This document shows positions 18,958 to 28,175 of a stretch of 52,115 nt of DNA, piece by piece (positions within the stretch are counted from its first letter, which is position 1; each line of letters starts with the position of its first letter). This stretch comes from a virus. Its lineage: Duplodnaviria > Caudoviricetes. The notes beneath the pieces were generated by a model. That model ran no database searches. It saw only the letters and a list, made by a program, of their open reading frames with translations, and was not told the DNA's origin. Position numbers and translations under genes: made by a program. The DNA is taken from the IMG/VR virus record IMGVR_UViG_3300034175_000039, positions 1 to 52,115 of that record, one strand, 5' to 3'.

Positions 18958-19715
18958 TCGGTAACGGTCAATTCCTGCTAGGTGATTGCCTAGAATTGAT
19001 GCGCCACATTCCTGATCAATCGGTTGATATGGTACTGTGCGATCTACCGTACGGTACAACCGCATGCAAATGGGATCAAGTCATACCGTTTGAACCATTG
19101 TGGTCGCATTACTGGCGAGTTTGCAAACCGAATGCCGCAGTAGTGTTGACAGCTTCGCAGCCGTTCACGTCAGCGTTGGTCATGTCGCAACCGAAAGCAT
19201 TTAAATGTGAATGGATTTGGGAAAAAAATATAGGTTCAAATTTTGCACAAGTAAAATATATGCCCATGAAAGAACATGAAAACATTTGCGTGTTTAGTCG
19301 CAATACACCATTGTATAACCCAATCATGGAACAAAGGAATGGTTCCGGTCTCACAAGAATAGGTGAAATATTACCACCTAAACCTAGTATTCAGCATTTC
19401 GGCCCTTCAATGAGATCGCAATATGATGTGAAACCCCGTTTAGAAAGTCGTATTCCACGTTCTGTTCAAAAGTTCAATGTCGTACCTCGCAACGGCGGAG
19501 GTCTAATTCACCCAACGCAAAAGCCCGTCGCGCTGTTCGACTATCTCATTCGCACGTACACCAATCCCGGCGATCTAGTGCTAGACAATTGCGCCGGTTC
19601 AGGGACCACCGCCATTGCGGCGGAAGCGTCCGGTCGCCGCTGGTTGTGCATGGAGCGCGATCCTAGCTATTACTATGCGGCTATCGGTCGCGTGTGGAAA
19701 GCGTGTTATTCGTGA
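18951..19715 (+). CDS. DNA N6-adenine/N4-cytosine methyltransferase (beta class)
   Basis: GDCLE, DLPY catalytic motif, HPTQKP, and VLDNCAGSGTT SAM-binding motif; no cognate restriction enzyme nearby. Confidence 0.92.
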   Translation: MLIGNGQFLLGDCLELMRHIPDQSVDMVLCDLPYGTTACKWDQVIPFEPLWSHYWRVCKPNAAVVLTASQPFTSALVMSQPKAFKCEWIWEKNIGSNFAQVKYMPMKEHENICVFSRNTPLYNPIMEQRNGSGLTRIGEILPPKPSIQHFGPSMRSQYDVKPRLESRIPRSVQKFNVVPRNGGGLIHPTQKPVALFDYLIRTYTNPGDLVLDNCAGSGTTAIAAEASGRRWLCMERDPSYYYAAIGRVWKACYS

Positions 19716-21364
19716 TACAGCTTCGCCCGGACCAATTCGACCTTGATCAACGCATGGATGCCAGTTTCAACGCCGGTGCCGGTAATGTCTTGGGGGTTCT
19801 GCCAACCGGTGGCGGCAAGTCAGTCATCGTGTCTGAACGCACGTTACGACGACACTTGCTAGGATCGGTTCAATTCATCGGCGCGCATCGTGTCGAACTG
19901 ACCGGACAAATGTCTATGCACGTTGCACGGCGTGGCATCAAACATCGTATCATCGCACCTAAAGCCGTGGTCAACGCCATTGTTGCCGAACACCGCGACG
20001 AATTCAATGGTCACTCATTCGTCAATCCTAGCAGCAATTGCAGCGTTGGCAGTGTCGATACCTTGCTCGCACGATCCGATGAACTGGCGGCATGGGCACG
20101 TCAAGTTGACCATTGGACGATGGATGAAGCGCATCACTTGTTGCGGCTCAACAAATGGGGTCGGTCGGTTGCGCTGTTCCCTAACGCGCGCGGCGAAGGA
20201 TGGACGGCAACGCCCCAACGGGCGGATGGCATGGGGCTTGGCAGTCACGCCGATGGTATCTTTGACGATATGGTCGTCGGGCCAGATATGCGTCACTTGA
20301 TCAACATCGGTGCGCTTACCGATTACGAAATAGCTATTCCAGAAAGCGACTTTCAGATTGATGACGCTGACCTAGCGCCGTCCGGGGATTGGTCAACGGC
20401 TCGCATGCGCGACGCGTCCAAGAAATCTCATATCGTTGGTGACGTGGTTAAAGAATACGTCGCGCGAGCGTATGGCAAGCGGTTTATTTGTTTCGCGACT
20501 GACGTTGAAACGGCGAGCGAAATTGCACAACGCTTTACCGATATCGGTATTCCAGTCGCGGCGGTATCTGCAAAGACACCAAGTGATCTACGCCGGGAGT
20601 ATATCAAACGGTTTCGGGCTGGTGCGCTTTGGGGGTTGATCAACGTCGATCTGTTTGGTGAAGGGTTCGACGTGCCAGCGGTCGAAGTCGTCATAATGGC
20701 ACGTCCGACCGCATCGCTTGCGGTTTATCTTCAACAATTCGGTCGTGCGCTGCGTACGATGTTCGGCAAGCTTTACGGCTTGGTCATCGATCATGTCAGC
20801 AACTGGAAGCGCCACGGCTTTCCCGATAAATCGCATTATTGGACGCTTGATCGTCAGGACCGTCGTGCCAAACGCGAGCGTGACCCGGAAGAAATCGAGT
20901 TGACGGCGTGCCGCAATTGCAGTCGTCCATATGAGCGGTTCCACGCATGTTGTCCGCACTGTGGCGCTATTCCACCGCTTCCCGATCCCGCTAGTCGTAC
21001 GTTGCAGCAGGTGGACGGCGATTTGTTCTTGATTGATCGTGATCGTGCGGCGATGATGCGCAAGGCAACCGAACTGGAAAGCCCGGCAGCGGCGAAACAA
21101 CGCGTTGGTGCTGACATGGGCGATATGATCGGCACGGCGGCGCTTAATCGCTCTATAGAGAAGCATGCCGCGCAACAGCGGCTTTCCGGTGCCATTGCCC
21201 AATGGGCAGGCATACAGCGCGCCAAGGGGCGTCCTGACGACCAATCCTATCGTCGCTTCTACATAACCACCGGCATTGACGTTCTAAGCGCATTGTCGGC
21301 TGAACGGACCCGCCAAGAGTTTGAAGCTTTGGCGGTCAAGGTTGAGGGATGGTGCGCGCGATGA
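19712..21364 (+). CDS. Superfamily 2 DEAD/DEAH helicase with C-terminal Zn finger
   Basis: PTGGGKS, DEAH, TAT, EGFDVP, QQFGRALR motifs; CRNC...CPHC. Confidence 0.92.
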   Translation: MIQLRPDQFDLDQRMDASFNAGAGNVLGVLPTGGGKSVIVSERTLRRHLLGSVQFIGAHRVELTGQMSMHVARRGIKHRIIAPKAVVNAIVAEHRDEFNGHSFVNPSSNCSVGSVDTLLARSDELAAWARQVDHWTMDEAHHLLRLNKWGRSVALFPNARGEGWTATPQRADGMGLGSHADGIFDDMVVGPDMRHLINIGALTDYEIAIPESDFQIDDADLAPSGDWSTARMRDASKKSHIVGDVVKEYVARAYGKRFICFATDVETASEIAQRFTDIGIPVAAVSAKTPSDLRREYIKRFRAGALWGLINVDLFGEGFDVPAVEVVIMARPTASLAVYLQQFGRALRTMFGKLYGLVIDHVSNWKRHGFPDKSHYWTLDRQDRRAKRERDPEEIELTACRNCSRPYERFHACCPHCGAIPPLPDPASRTLQQVDGDLFLIDRDRAAMMRKATELESPAAAKQRVGADMGDMIGTAALNRSIEKHAAQQRLSGAIAQWAGIQRAKGRPDDQSYRRFYITTGIDVLSALSAERTRQEFEALAVKVEGWCAR

Positions 21365-21609
21365 TTAACGTAGCCGCTTTTAATGAGTTTGCTTGCCGTG
21401 TATGCGGCAGGGATGCGTTTGTTTCGTTTATTGAACCAACAGCGCACGAAGATTTGGAACACGGCAAAGCACATTTTCAAGCGTGGTGCATTAAATGTTG
21501 CCCCGGTCATCTTTGGCTTAACGAACCCGGTGAAGGATTAATGTGTAAATATTGTTCGGATCAACCACCGTATGATTATTACGATTACGAACCGGACGAC
21601 TGGCAATGA
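21361..21609 (+). CDS. Small Cys-rich hypothetical protein
   Basis: Three CxxC motifs; coupled start and stop overlaps. Confidence 0.55.
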   Translation: MINVAAFNEFACRVCGRDAFVSFIEPTAHEDLEHGKAHFQAWCIKCCPGHLWLNEPGEGLMCKYCSDQPPYDYYDYEPDDWQ

Positions 21610-21989
21610 CCGTCTATGTGGACGATATGAAAGCGCCGTTTGGTCGCTATGTCATGTGTCATTGTTGGGCGGACAGCCGCGCAGAATTGTTCGCGATGAT
21701 GGAATTGATTGGCGTCCAGACGAAGTGGTTTCAGCAACCGCCAAAGGCGAGTTGGGAACACTTCGATATTACAATGTCAAAAAGAAAGCTAGCTATCCAA
21801 CATGGCGCAGTCGAAACGGACCGATATGCGCCGCTTGAACATACCGCGCGATTGGGAGTGCTTGCCGCCGCGTCGGTCGGTGATCTTGACGGCATGGTGC
21901 GCGCTGTTCGCAAAATGTGTATGGTCGGAATGATCCGGTTGGAGCGTGCGGGCGTCGGCGCGCTCTATGACACGCGGCACGAACAATGA
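21606..21989 (+). CDS. DUF4031-like protein
   Basis: MTVYVDD...MCHCWADS..EL...WFQ...HFDI pattern. Confidence 0.75.
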   Translation: MTVYVDDMKAPFGRYVMCHCWADSRAELFAMMELIGVQTKWFQQPPKASWEHFDITMSKRKLAIQHGAVETDRYAPLEHTARLGVLAAASVGDLDGMVRAVRKMCMVGMIRLERAGVGALYDTRHEQ

Positions 21990-22330
21990 CCGCTGTATTT
22001 GTCTTTGGATCGAACCTTGCCGGTCGGCACGGTAAAGGCGCGGCGCTTGACGCGTTGAAGCAACACGGGGCGATCATGGGGCGTGGTTGGGGGCGGCAAG
22101 GCAACAGCTACGCGATTCCGACCAAGGATTTCATGGTAAAGAAATTACCGTTGCCAATGATAGAATACTTCGTCAAGGTGTTCATTCAACATGCCCGCGA
22201 CAATCCGAATGATAGGTTCAACGTCACCGCTATCGGTTGTGGTCTTGCCGGTTACAAACCGCCGCAAATCGCGCCATTCTTTGATTACGCACCGCCGAAC
22301 GTGCGTTTGCCCTTGGCGTTCATATATTGA
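21986..22330 (+). CDS. Macro-fold-like phage protein (A1S_2505-like)
   Basis: VFVFGSNLAGRHGKGAA, SYAIPTK and VTAIGCGLAG motifs. Confidence 0.7.
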   Translation: MTAVFVFGSNLAGRHGKGAALDALKQHGAIMGRGWGRQGNSYAIPTKDFMVKKLPLPMIEYFVKVFIQHARDNPNDRFNVTAIGCGLAGYKPPQIAPFFDYAPPNVRLPLAFIY

Positions 22331-22341
22331 AAGGATAGAAC

Positions 22342-22818
22342 ATGATCATTGCTGGAATTGGCGCACAGGTAACACCGATGCCCGCGTTGATGGCTATCGA
22401 ACAAGTCGGCATGATGCTTGCCATGCGCGGCATAAAGGGGCGCAGCGGTCGTGCGCCGGGCGCTGATACGGCGTTCGAACGCGGTTACACGGTGATCAAC
22501 CCGGCTCTATTCACCGCGTTTCCCGGTCACGTTGGGCACTATCTGGCATGGCAGGATCACGCGTCGCGTTATCATCCGAACTGGCCAGCATGTGACGAAA
22601 CCGCCCGCAAGCTACACGCTCGCAACAGCGCCATTATTTGCGGTCCGTCATTGAACGAACCGGTAGATGCAGTTGTATGTTGGACCAATGGCGGCGCGGT
22701 GGTCGGCGGAACCGGTCAATCGCTGCGCGTAGCCGCTGCATATTCGATCCCGGTGTTCAACCTTGCCATCACCGGCGCGGACGCGGCATTTTGGTGCTTT
22801 GTTGGGGATCGCACCTAA
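22342..22818 (+). CDS. SLOG / DprA-Smf-like nucleotide-binding protein
   Basis: IAGIG, RSGRAPGADTAFE, LHARN and GGTGQ...IPVFNL motifs. Confidence 0.75.
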   Translation: MIIAGIGAQVTPMPALMAIEQVGMMLAMRGIKGRSGRAPGADTAFERGYTVINPALFTAFPGHVGHYLAWQDHASRYHPNWPACDETARKLHARNSAIICGPSLNEPVDAVVCWTNGGAVVGGTGQSLRVAAAYSIPVFNLAITGADAAFWCFVGDRT

Positions 22819-22955
22819 TGACCGACAATCGATCACCGCAAAAACGTCGTAAAGATCGCATGCGGGTAGCCCTTGAAGGGCTTTGCATTCTAGCTGTTGT
22901 CGGCACGATATTCGCCGCTGTAATCGTATTGGCTATGGTGGCAAATGACAAGTGA
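22818..22955 (+). CDS. Small single-TM protein (45 aa)
   Basis: TAATG overlap with the previous gene; basic N-terminus then LCILAVVGTIFAAVIVLAMV. Confidence 0.5.
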   Translation: MTDNRSPQKRRKDRMRVALEGLCILAVVGTIFAAVIVLAMVANDK

Positions 22956-23370
22956 AACCGTCGTCCAACAATTCACACGTTTGGAACACGCGAAGATCGG
23001 TCCAATGTGGCGCAACAATAGCGGTGCCAGCACCGACGAAACCGGGCGCTTGATTCGTTATGGTCTTGGCAATGATAGTGCGCAGTTGAACGCGGAAATC
23101 AAGTCGTCTGACCTGATCGGCATTACACCAACGTTGATCGAACCGCATATGGTCGGTTATTGGCTTGGCGTGTTCACCGCCTATGAGGTCAAGCCGTCCG
23201 GGTGGAAAATGCCGGTGCCAATGGAAGGCCGTGAATTTCGTGATCAGCCGGAAGCAACCAAGCGCGCCTTGGCGCAAGCCAAGTTTCATGACATAGTACG
23301 CGCGGCATGCGGTTATGCCGGGTTCGTCACTGACCCTAGCGACATATACGGGATCATTCGACGTGGTTGA
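22945..23370 (+). CDS. VRR-NUC-like nuclease (putative Holliday junction resolvase)
   Basis: WRNNSG, SSDLIG, AYEVK and Q.KF...V...GYAGF motifs. Confidence 0.8.
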   Translation: MTSETVVQQFTRLEHAKIGPMWRNNSGASTDETGRLIRYGLGNDSAQLNAEIKSSDLIGITPTLIEPHMVGYWLGVFTAYEVKPSGWKMPVPMEGREFRDQPEATKRALAQAKFHDIVRAACGYAGFVTDPSDIYGIIRRG

Positions 23371-23371
23371 A

Positions 23372-23671
23372 ATGGCAGCGCAAGAGCGGCACGGTGATCG
23401 CGTCAAGGTGTCCATCCTTGCGGCCGGGCTGGCGCTGTGGCGCTGCAATCCGGGGTCGGTCAGCGCCCGTGCCATCGGTCAGCGCATCGGCATGTCGCAC
23501 AGCGCCGTGCTATACCATTATAAGTCGTCGGACGCGCTTAAAACGGCCATTGCGGCGGAAGCGGTTCGCATCGGTGATAAGGTAATCATCCCCATGTTGA
23601 TCGCATCACGCCATCCCGCCGCCGACACGCTTAACGCGAATGATCGTCGGCGGTTTTTGGCGGACTGTTAA
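23372..23671 (+). CDS. TetR-like helix-turn-helix protein
   Basis: ILAAGLAL...SARAIGQRIGMSHSAVLYHYKSSDAL matches the TetR N-terminal HTH pattern. Confidence 0.75.
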   Translation: MAAQERHGDRVKVSILAAGLALWRCNPGSVSARAIGQRIGMSHSAVLYHYKSSDALKTAIAAEAVRIGDKVIIPMLIASRHPAADTLNANDRRRFLADC

Positions 23672-23868
23672 TCGACGGCAACACCTATCGGCAATTTGTT
23701 TTCGCTATTGGTTTTGTCGGCAAAGTCGGCAAGTCGATAAATCTCTTCGATTGCCATTGCACGTCCGGTCGGCGTACCGTCTTCGATTGCCGCGACAAAA
23801 ATTGGCACCAATGAACGCCATGAGGGCGTAAGATCGATGGTGCCGACGATTTTAGCAGACCGTGCCAT
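23668..23868 (-). CDS. Hypothetical protein
   Basis: GGAG RBS with promoter copy B upstream; MARSAKIVGTIDLTPSW. Confidence 0.6.
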   Translation of the reverse strand: MARSAKIVGTIDLTPSWRSLVPIFVAAIEDGTPTGRAMAIEEIYRLADFADKTNSENKLPIGVAVD

Positions 23869-23895
23869 TTTCACCACTCCGTTACTGTTGTGATG

Positions 23896-23924
23896 TTTAT
23901 AATGGCCATTGCGATGGTCGTCAA
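23896..23924 (-). promoter_or_regulatory. Sigma70-like promoter, family copy B
   Basis: Minus strand TTGACG-accatcgcaatggccat(17 nt)-TATAAA. Confidence 0.8.
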
Positions 23925-24091
23925 CAGTTATTTTCAACGTGCAATTGATATTTGCGACCGTCAACAGCGTAGGCGATCACCTTGCCGTTTTCCGGCTGAA
24001 TGGTGTTGATGCCGGTGATCTTGCCGGAAGAATGCGTGATTGTGATCCGACCGCCTGCCCGCTTGGCGTTCCAATTGAAAAGCGTGACCAT
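23921..24091 (-). CDS. Hypothetical 56-aa protein (below the ORF-track cutoff)
   Basis: AAGGA RBS; MVTLFNWNAKRAGGRITITH...; an upstream TTGACA lies near 24150-24155. Confidence 0.55.
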   Translation of the reverse strand: MVTLFNWNAKRAGGRITITHSSGKITGINTIQPENGKVIAYAVDGRKYQLHVENNC

Positions 24092-24374
24092 GACACTTAT
24101 CCTTTAGCGCGTTATTGCGCCGGTCGATTATCGGTCATGTTTTGGCCAATGTCAAGAGCGATAATACGGCTCTAGCCAATGACCGCGCATATGGTCCGCG
24201 TAGAGCGTACGCATCGCGGTTCGATCACCGGACGCCAACGGGTGATCGTATAGCCAAACGGTGTGCATGTCGTCCGGCGCGTGTGTTAGCGTCACCATAC
24301 CAGCGTGCATGCCGACTAGGCGGCACGTCCGGTCTATCCCAAGCCGCTTGAACCATGCCGGGCCGTCGTCACGC

Positions 24375-24629
24375 TTAGGGATGCTCGTCACCCTCGTCAG
24401 TGCCCCAACGGATGCCACAGCGGCACACGTGTTCATCACCTTCGCGGCGGATGCTGTGAACCATCCCATCGGAGCGTAATTCGGGCATAACCGGATCGTC
24501 ATCGGACGATGCGTCATGCTGGTTCATGGCGTCAGCAATCAACGCAGCGGCGTCATTGCTGTTGGCGTCGGCAAAGTGCTTACCGTCGTAAAGCACTTGC
24601 TTTCCGCTGGCGACATAAGCGTTAAACAT
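24375..24629 (-). CDS. Hypothetical protein
   Basis: Coupled to the upstream gene; MFNAYVASGKQVLYDGKHFADA...CRCG. Confidence 0.5.
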   Translation of the reverse strand: MFNAYVASGKQVLYDGKHFADANSNDAAALIADAMNQHDASSDDDPVMPELRSDGMVHSIRREGDEHVCRCGIRWGTDEGDEHP

Positions 24630-24900
24630 CGGCCTTGTCCCCAAACATGCCGGTACGCCATGCGCCGTCGTTTGCCTTGCGCCATACCCGCATCTTATCG
24701 GCGCAACCATAAGCTTCGGTGACTTGCTCCATGTCGGACGCCGGGCGTTTACCGTCTCGTATCTCTTGCGCGCGGGCGTCCGCCCATTCTTCTACCTTGT
24801 CTGGCGCGCTGACATCGCGTGCGAGCAAAACGAACATTTCTTCATCGTCAAGCGCCTTGGCAAAACAGCCGTCACGCATTTCGGTTAGCTTGGTGCCCAT
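24622..24900 (-). CDS. Conserved-looking phage hypothetical protein
   Basis: GAGGA RBS; DDEEMFVLLARD..AP..VEEWA pattern. Confidence 0.65.
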   Translation of the reverse strand: MGTKLTEMRDGCFAKALDDEEMFVLLARDVSAPDKVEEWADARAQEIRDGKRPASDMEQVTEAYGCADKMRVWRKANDGAWRTGMFGDKADV

Positions 24901-24914
24901 GGTCAGTTATCCTC

Positions 24915-25217
24915 TCATCGATGATATGGTGCTTGTTCGATAATATCGGTAACGGTTCCGACGTGTGGCCGTAACAATTCCTTCGTTGCGTCCACCGGTA
25001 AAGCCGGATGCGTCTTCGCTATCCGCTCCAATTGTTCGCGAAACGCATTTAAGCGCGACAAGTCGCCGGTGATGTAATCGACAAGCTTTACGGCGGACGC
25101 TTCGTTTACATCACCGCTATCGATCAACAGGCCGCGCAAGTCATCGCGCAACGCACAATGTTCGGTATCGAACAGATTGCCGGACGTGCTGCGAAACATT
25201 TCAACTTTGACGGTCAT
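24915..25217 (-). CDS. Hypothetical protein
   Basis: Coupled ORF in a leftward operon. Confidence 0.55.
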   Translation of the reverse strand: MTVKVEMFRSTSGNLFDTEHCALRDDLRGLLIDSGDVNEASAVKLVDYITGDLSRLNAFREQLERIAKTHPALPVDATKELLRPHVGTVTDIIEQAPYHR

Positions 25218-25480
25218 TCAAACAAATCCCTTTTCCATCCGGCAACGTCGTCATCCCACGTGCCGACTGTGGTGATCCTAAAAATTTCACCGCGACGAAC
25301 GAACGTAAAATTGTTCTTGCGACCATCCCGCGTGATGCTCACTAACGCGGCGCGCTCATTCATACGCAATTCGATCCCGGCGAGGTGTTCCCTCGCCAAA
25401 TCAAGCGCCGCCCTTAACGTCGCTAATTCCGCCTCTTGCACCGCCGCTATTTCGCGCCAGTTCGGACTGCTTTTAAACAT
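25214..25480 (-). CDS. Hypothetical protein
   Basis: AAGGA RBS; first gene of a leftward operon. Confidence 0.55.
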   Translation of the reverse strand: MFKSSPNWREIAAVQEAELATLRAALDLAREHLAGIELRMNERAALVSITRDGRKNNFTFVRRGEIFRITTVGTWDDDVAGWKRDLFE

Positions 25481-25599
25481 TGGTCATCCTTCGGTTATGC
25501 TTGTGCTATTTGCACGCTTTCAACACGTCAAGCAAAAAAAGACAACAAAGGTTAAATTACGCTTGACGAGCCGGGTGCGCCCTCTATCCATGACGCATA

Positions 25600-25797
25600 A
25601 TGCTTTTAGACCACGAACCACCTAAGCCATTGCTTAACCTCAAAAAATACGCTGAACGAATGGGGATTACGCGGCAGGCGGTCCACTATCAGCTATCGAA
25701 GGGGCAATGCCTCGTACCGCCAATCGTCGGCAGTAAACCGCCTAAATGGCGTGTTGTTGACGTTGATGGTGCGCTAGCGCCACTTCGTGATCGATGA
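25600..25797 (+). CDS. Small HTH DNA-binding protein (AlpA/excisionase-like)
   Basis: LKKYAERMGITRQAVHYQL...PKWRVVDV; TTGACG at about 25563 upstream. Confidence 0.65.
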   Translation: MLLDHEPPKPLLNLKKYAERMGITRQAVHYQLSKGQCLVPPIVGSKPPKWRVVDVDGALAPLRDR

Positions 25798-28175
25798 ATG
25801 GTATGGGGGGGCAAGATTTTAATCAGGCATATTCGTTCTTCGATGCTTTGTCCGGTGGTCACGCCGCAACAACCATCTTTGATTTTCGTGCCATTCACGA
25901 CACGCGCAAAGACATACCGGCGCTAATTAACCGTTGCACTGTTCAGGATGCGTGGTCATGGATCGTTGGTCTTAACGATCAAGGATACGGCATATTCGCA
26001 GTTATAGCCGCGATGGACGGTTCCGGGCTGCATTTGCAGAACGTCCACTATCTTCGCGCGCATTACGTTGACCTTGACGAAGGCGATGCGAAACAACAGT
26101 ACGAACGCACGCTGACCGCTTGGCCAGCGCCATCGTTTGCCGTTCAGTCATCGCCCGACAAGTTCCACGTCTATTGGCCATGCCAGCCCTATCAAGGTAA
26201 CGACCGGTTTGAATTGGTGCAACGCAAGCTGCGCCAGACGTTCAACGGTGATCGCACCATTATCGACGCGACGCGCGTTATGCGGGTGCCGGGCACGATC
26301 CACGCCAAAGACCCGTCACAGCCTCATTTGGTCACATGTTGGGCGTTGGCGGGCTTTGGGCAACCAACGACCGTCGAACAGCTTGAACAGGCTTTGGCGG
26401 CGGTCAACGTAATCGACGGCGGCATTGGCACGCGCCATGAATTGGGCGATCCTGAATTAGCCGCGCCGTCTATCGCATGGTTGGACCGTGCGCTTGAACT
26501 TGCCGATCCAAACGCGATGGATCGTTACGAATGGATTGCAATCACAGCGGCGGTCAAGCAATCCGGTTGGTCGTTGACCGATCCCGATACGCTTTTTGCG
26601 AAGTGGTCCAAATGGTGCGAGCGATACACCGAAAACAATCCGGGCGAAAACGCCAAGCAATGGAACAGCATTCGCAACAGCGAATTAGGCTGGCAATCGC
26701 TTTTGACCCGCGTGCCGACCTTACGCGCCGCAATCACCTTTGGCGGCGTTCAGCACAGCGTTCCGGGTGAGGCTCAACCGGCTGTGCCACCAATGCCGGT
26801 TGACGGGGTTAGCGGCTTGCCAGCGGTCAACGCTGCGCCGCCCATGCCGGAGCCGCAACCGTTGGATTGCAGCGGTGAATATTTGACGCACCTTGAACAA
26901 CAGCAATGGTTCAAAGGTTGCATTTTCATCACGAACATCGGGACCATGTTGACCAAATATGGTCGCTTTCTAAACGCCACTCAATTCAACGTCGAATATG
27001 GTGGTAAAAAATTCATTATCGATACGACCGGCAAAATGGTCAATGAACCGTGGCAAGCTGCAACGCGCTCAACCATGTGGACCGTGCCAAAGGTTGATCA
27101 TATCCGCTTTGTGCCCGCCAATGAGTACGGAACGATACTGACGGACGATCTAGGGCGTACCGGCGTCAACACGTACCGCCCGGCCATCGTGCCGCGTATG
27201 GCGGGTGACGCGTCGCCATTCCTTAACCATATCGCGGCGCTGTTGCCGACGCCCGGTGATCAGCGCGTGTTGTTGGATTATCTCGCCCATAACGCCAAGT
27301 ATCCCGGTCATAAGATACCATGGGCACCGGTCATCCAATCGGCGGAAGGGGCAGGTAAAGGCGTTCTTAAGTTGGTCATGTCGCACGTCATGGGGCGGTC
27401 GTACACATACTTTCCCAAGGCGAAAGACTTGTCGGACAGCGGCGCGAAGTTCAACGCGTGGATGCGTAATAAACTGTTCATTCTTGCGGACGAAATCAAG
27501 GTTGACGACCGCGCCGACCTTATCGAAGTGCTGAAACCGATGATCAGCGAAGAGGTCATAGAAGTTCAAGGCAAGGGTCACGACCAAGAATTGGAAGATA
27601 ATTTCTCCAATTGGTTGTTCTTTTCCAACTGGAAAAATGCCATTCCTGTCAATAAGAACGGTCGGCGCTTTTGCATATTCTTTAGTCCGATCCAGACGCT
27701 TGACGATCTGCTAGCGCGTGGGATGAACGACTATTATTTTAAATGTCTCTATGATTGGTTGAATGGTGATGGTGCGGCCATCGTGGCGGACTATCTGCTA
27801 AACTATCCGATTGAACGCGGTGCGATCCCGATGCGTGCGCCGGATACGTCGTCCACTGCCGCCGCCGTTGATCTATCGCGCGGCCCGATTGAGCGCATGA
27901 TAGGCGAAGCTGTTGAGGACGGCATACCGGGTTTTCGCGGTGGTTGGATAAGCGCGACGGCGGTGATCAACCGGGTGAAGGCGACCAATGCCGTCCGGGG
28001 CGGTAACGTGTCCGGTCAGATGGTCGCGACGATCCTAGAAGGCATGGGATACACGGGTCTAGGACGCTCGCCACGCCCGTTCTTCCAAGAGGACCGGGAG
28101 ACGCGCCCATATCTGTTCTATATGGGCGCTGGCGGCGACGTGAACGCCTATGGTCGGGCGCAAGGCTGGGAATGA
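25794..28175 (+). CDS. Primase-helicase: RepB-type AEP primase, PriCT-2-like domain and SF3/DUF5906-like NTPase
   Basis: YVDLD, SSPDKFHVYW, RVMRVPG; W..WCER...KQWNS; Walker A SAEGAGKG, ADEI, RRF. Confidence 0.88.
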   Translation: MNGMGGQDFNQAYSFFDALSGGHAATTIFDFRAIHDTRKDIPALINRCTVQDAWSWIVGLNDQGYGIFAVIAAMDGSGLHLQNVHYLRAHYVDLDEGDAKQQYERTLTAWPAPSFAVQSSPDKFHVYWPCQPYQGNDRFELVQRKLRQTFNGDRTIIDATRVMRVPGTIHAKDPSQPHLVTCWALAGFGQPTTVEQLEQALAAVNVIDGGIGTRHELGDPELAAPSIAWLDRALELADPNAMDRYEWIAITAAVKQSGWSLTDPDTLFAKWSKWCERYTENNPGENAKQWNSIRNSELGWQSLLTRVPTLRAAITFGGVQHSVPGEAQPAVPPMPVDGVSGLPAVNAAPPMPEPQPLDCSGEYLTHLEQQQWFKGCIFITNIGTMLTKYGRFLNATQFNVEYGGKKFIIDTTGKMVNEPWQAATRSTMWTVPKVDHIRFVPANEYGTILTDDLGRTGVNTYRPAIVPRMAGDASPFLNHIAALLPTPGDQRVLLDYLAHNAKYPGHKIPWAPVIQSAEGAGKGVLKLVMSHVMGRSYTYFPKAKDLSDSGAKFNAWMRNKLFILADEIKVDDRADLIEVLKPMISEEVIEVQGKGHDQELEDNFSNWLFFSNWKNAIPVNKNGRRFCIFFSPIQTLDDLLARGMNDYYFKCLYDWLNGDGAAIVADYLLNYPIERGAIPMRAPDTSSTAAAVDLSRGPIERMIGEAVEDGIPGFRGGWISATAVINRVKATNAVRGGNVSGQMVATILEGMGYTGLGRSPRPFFQEDRETRPYLFYMGAGGDVNAYGRAQGWE

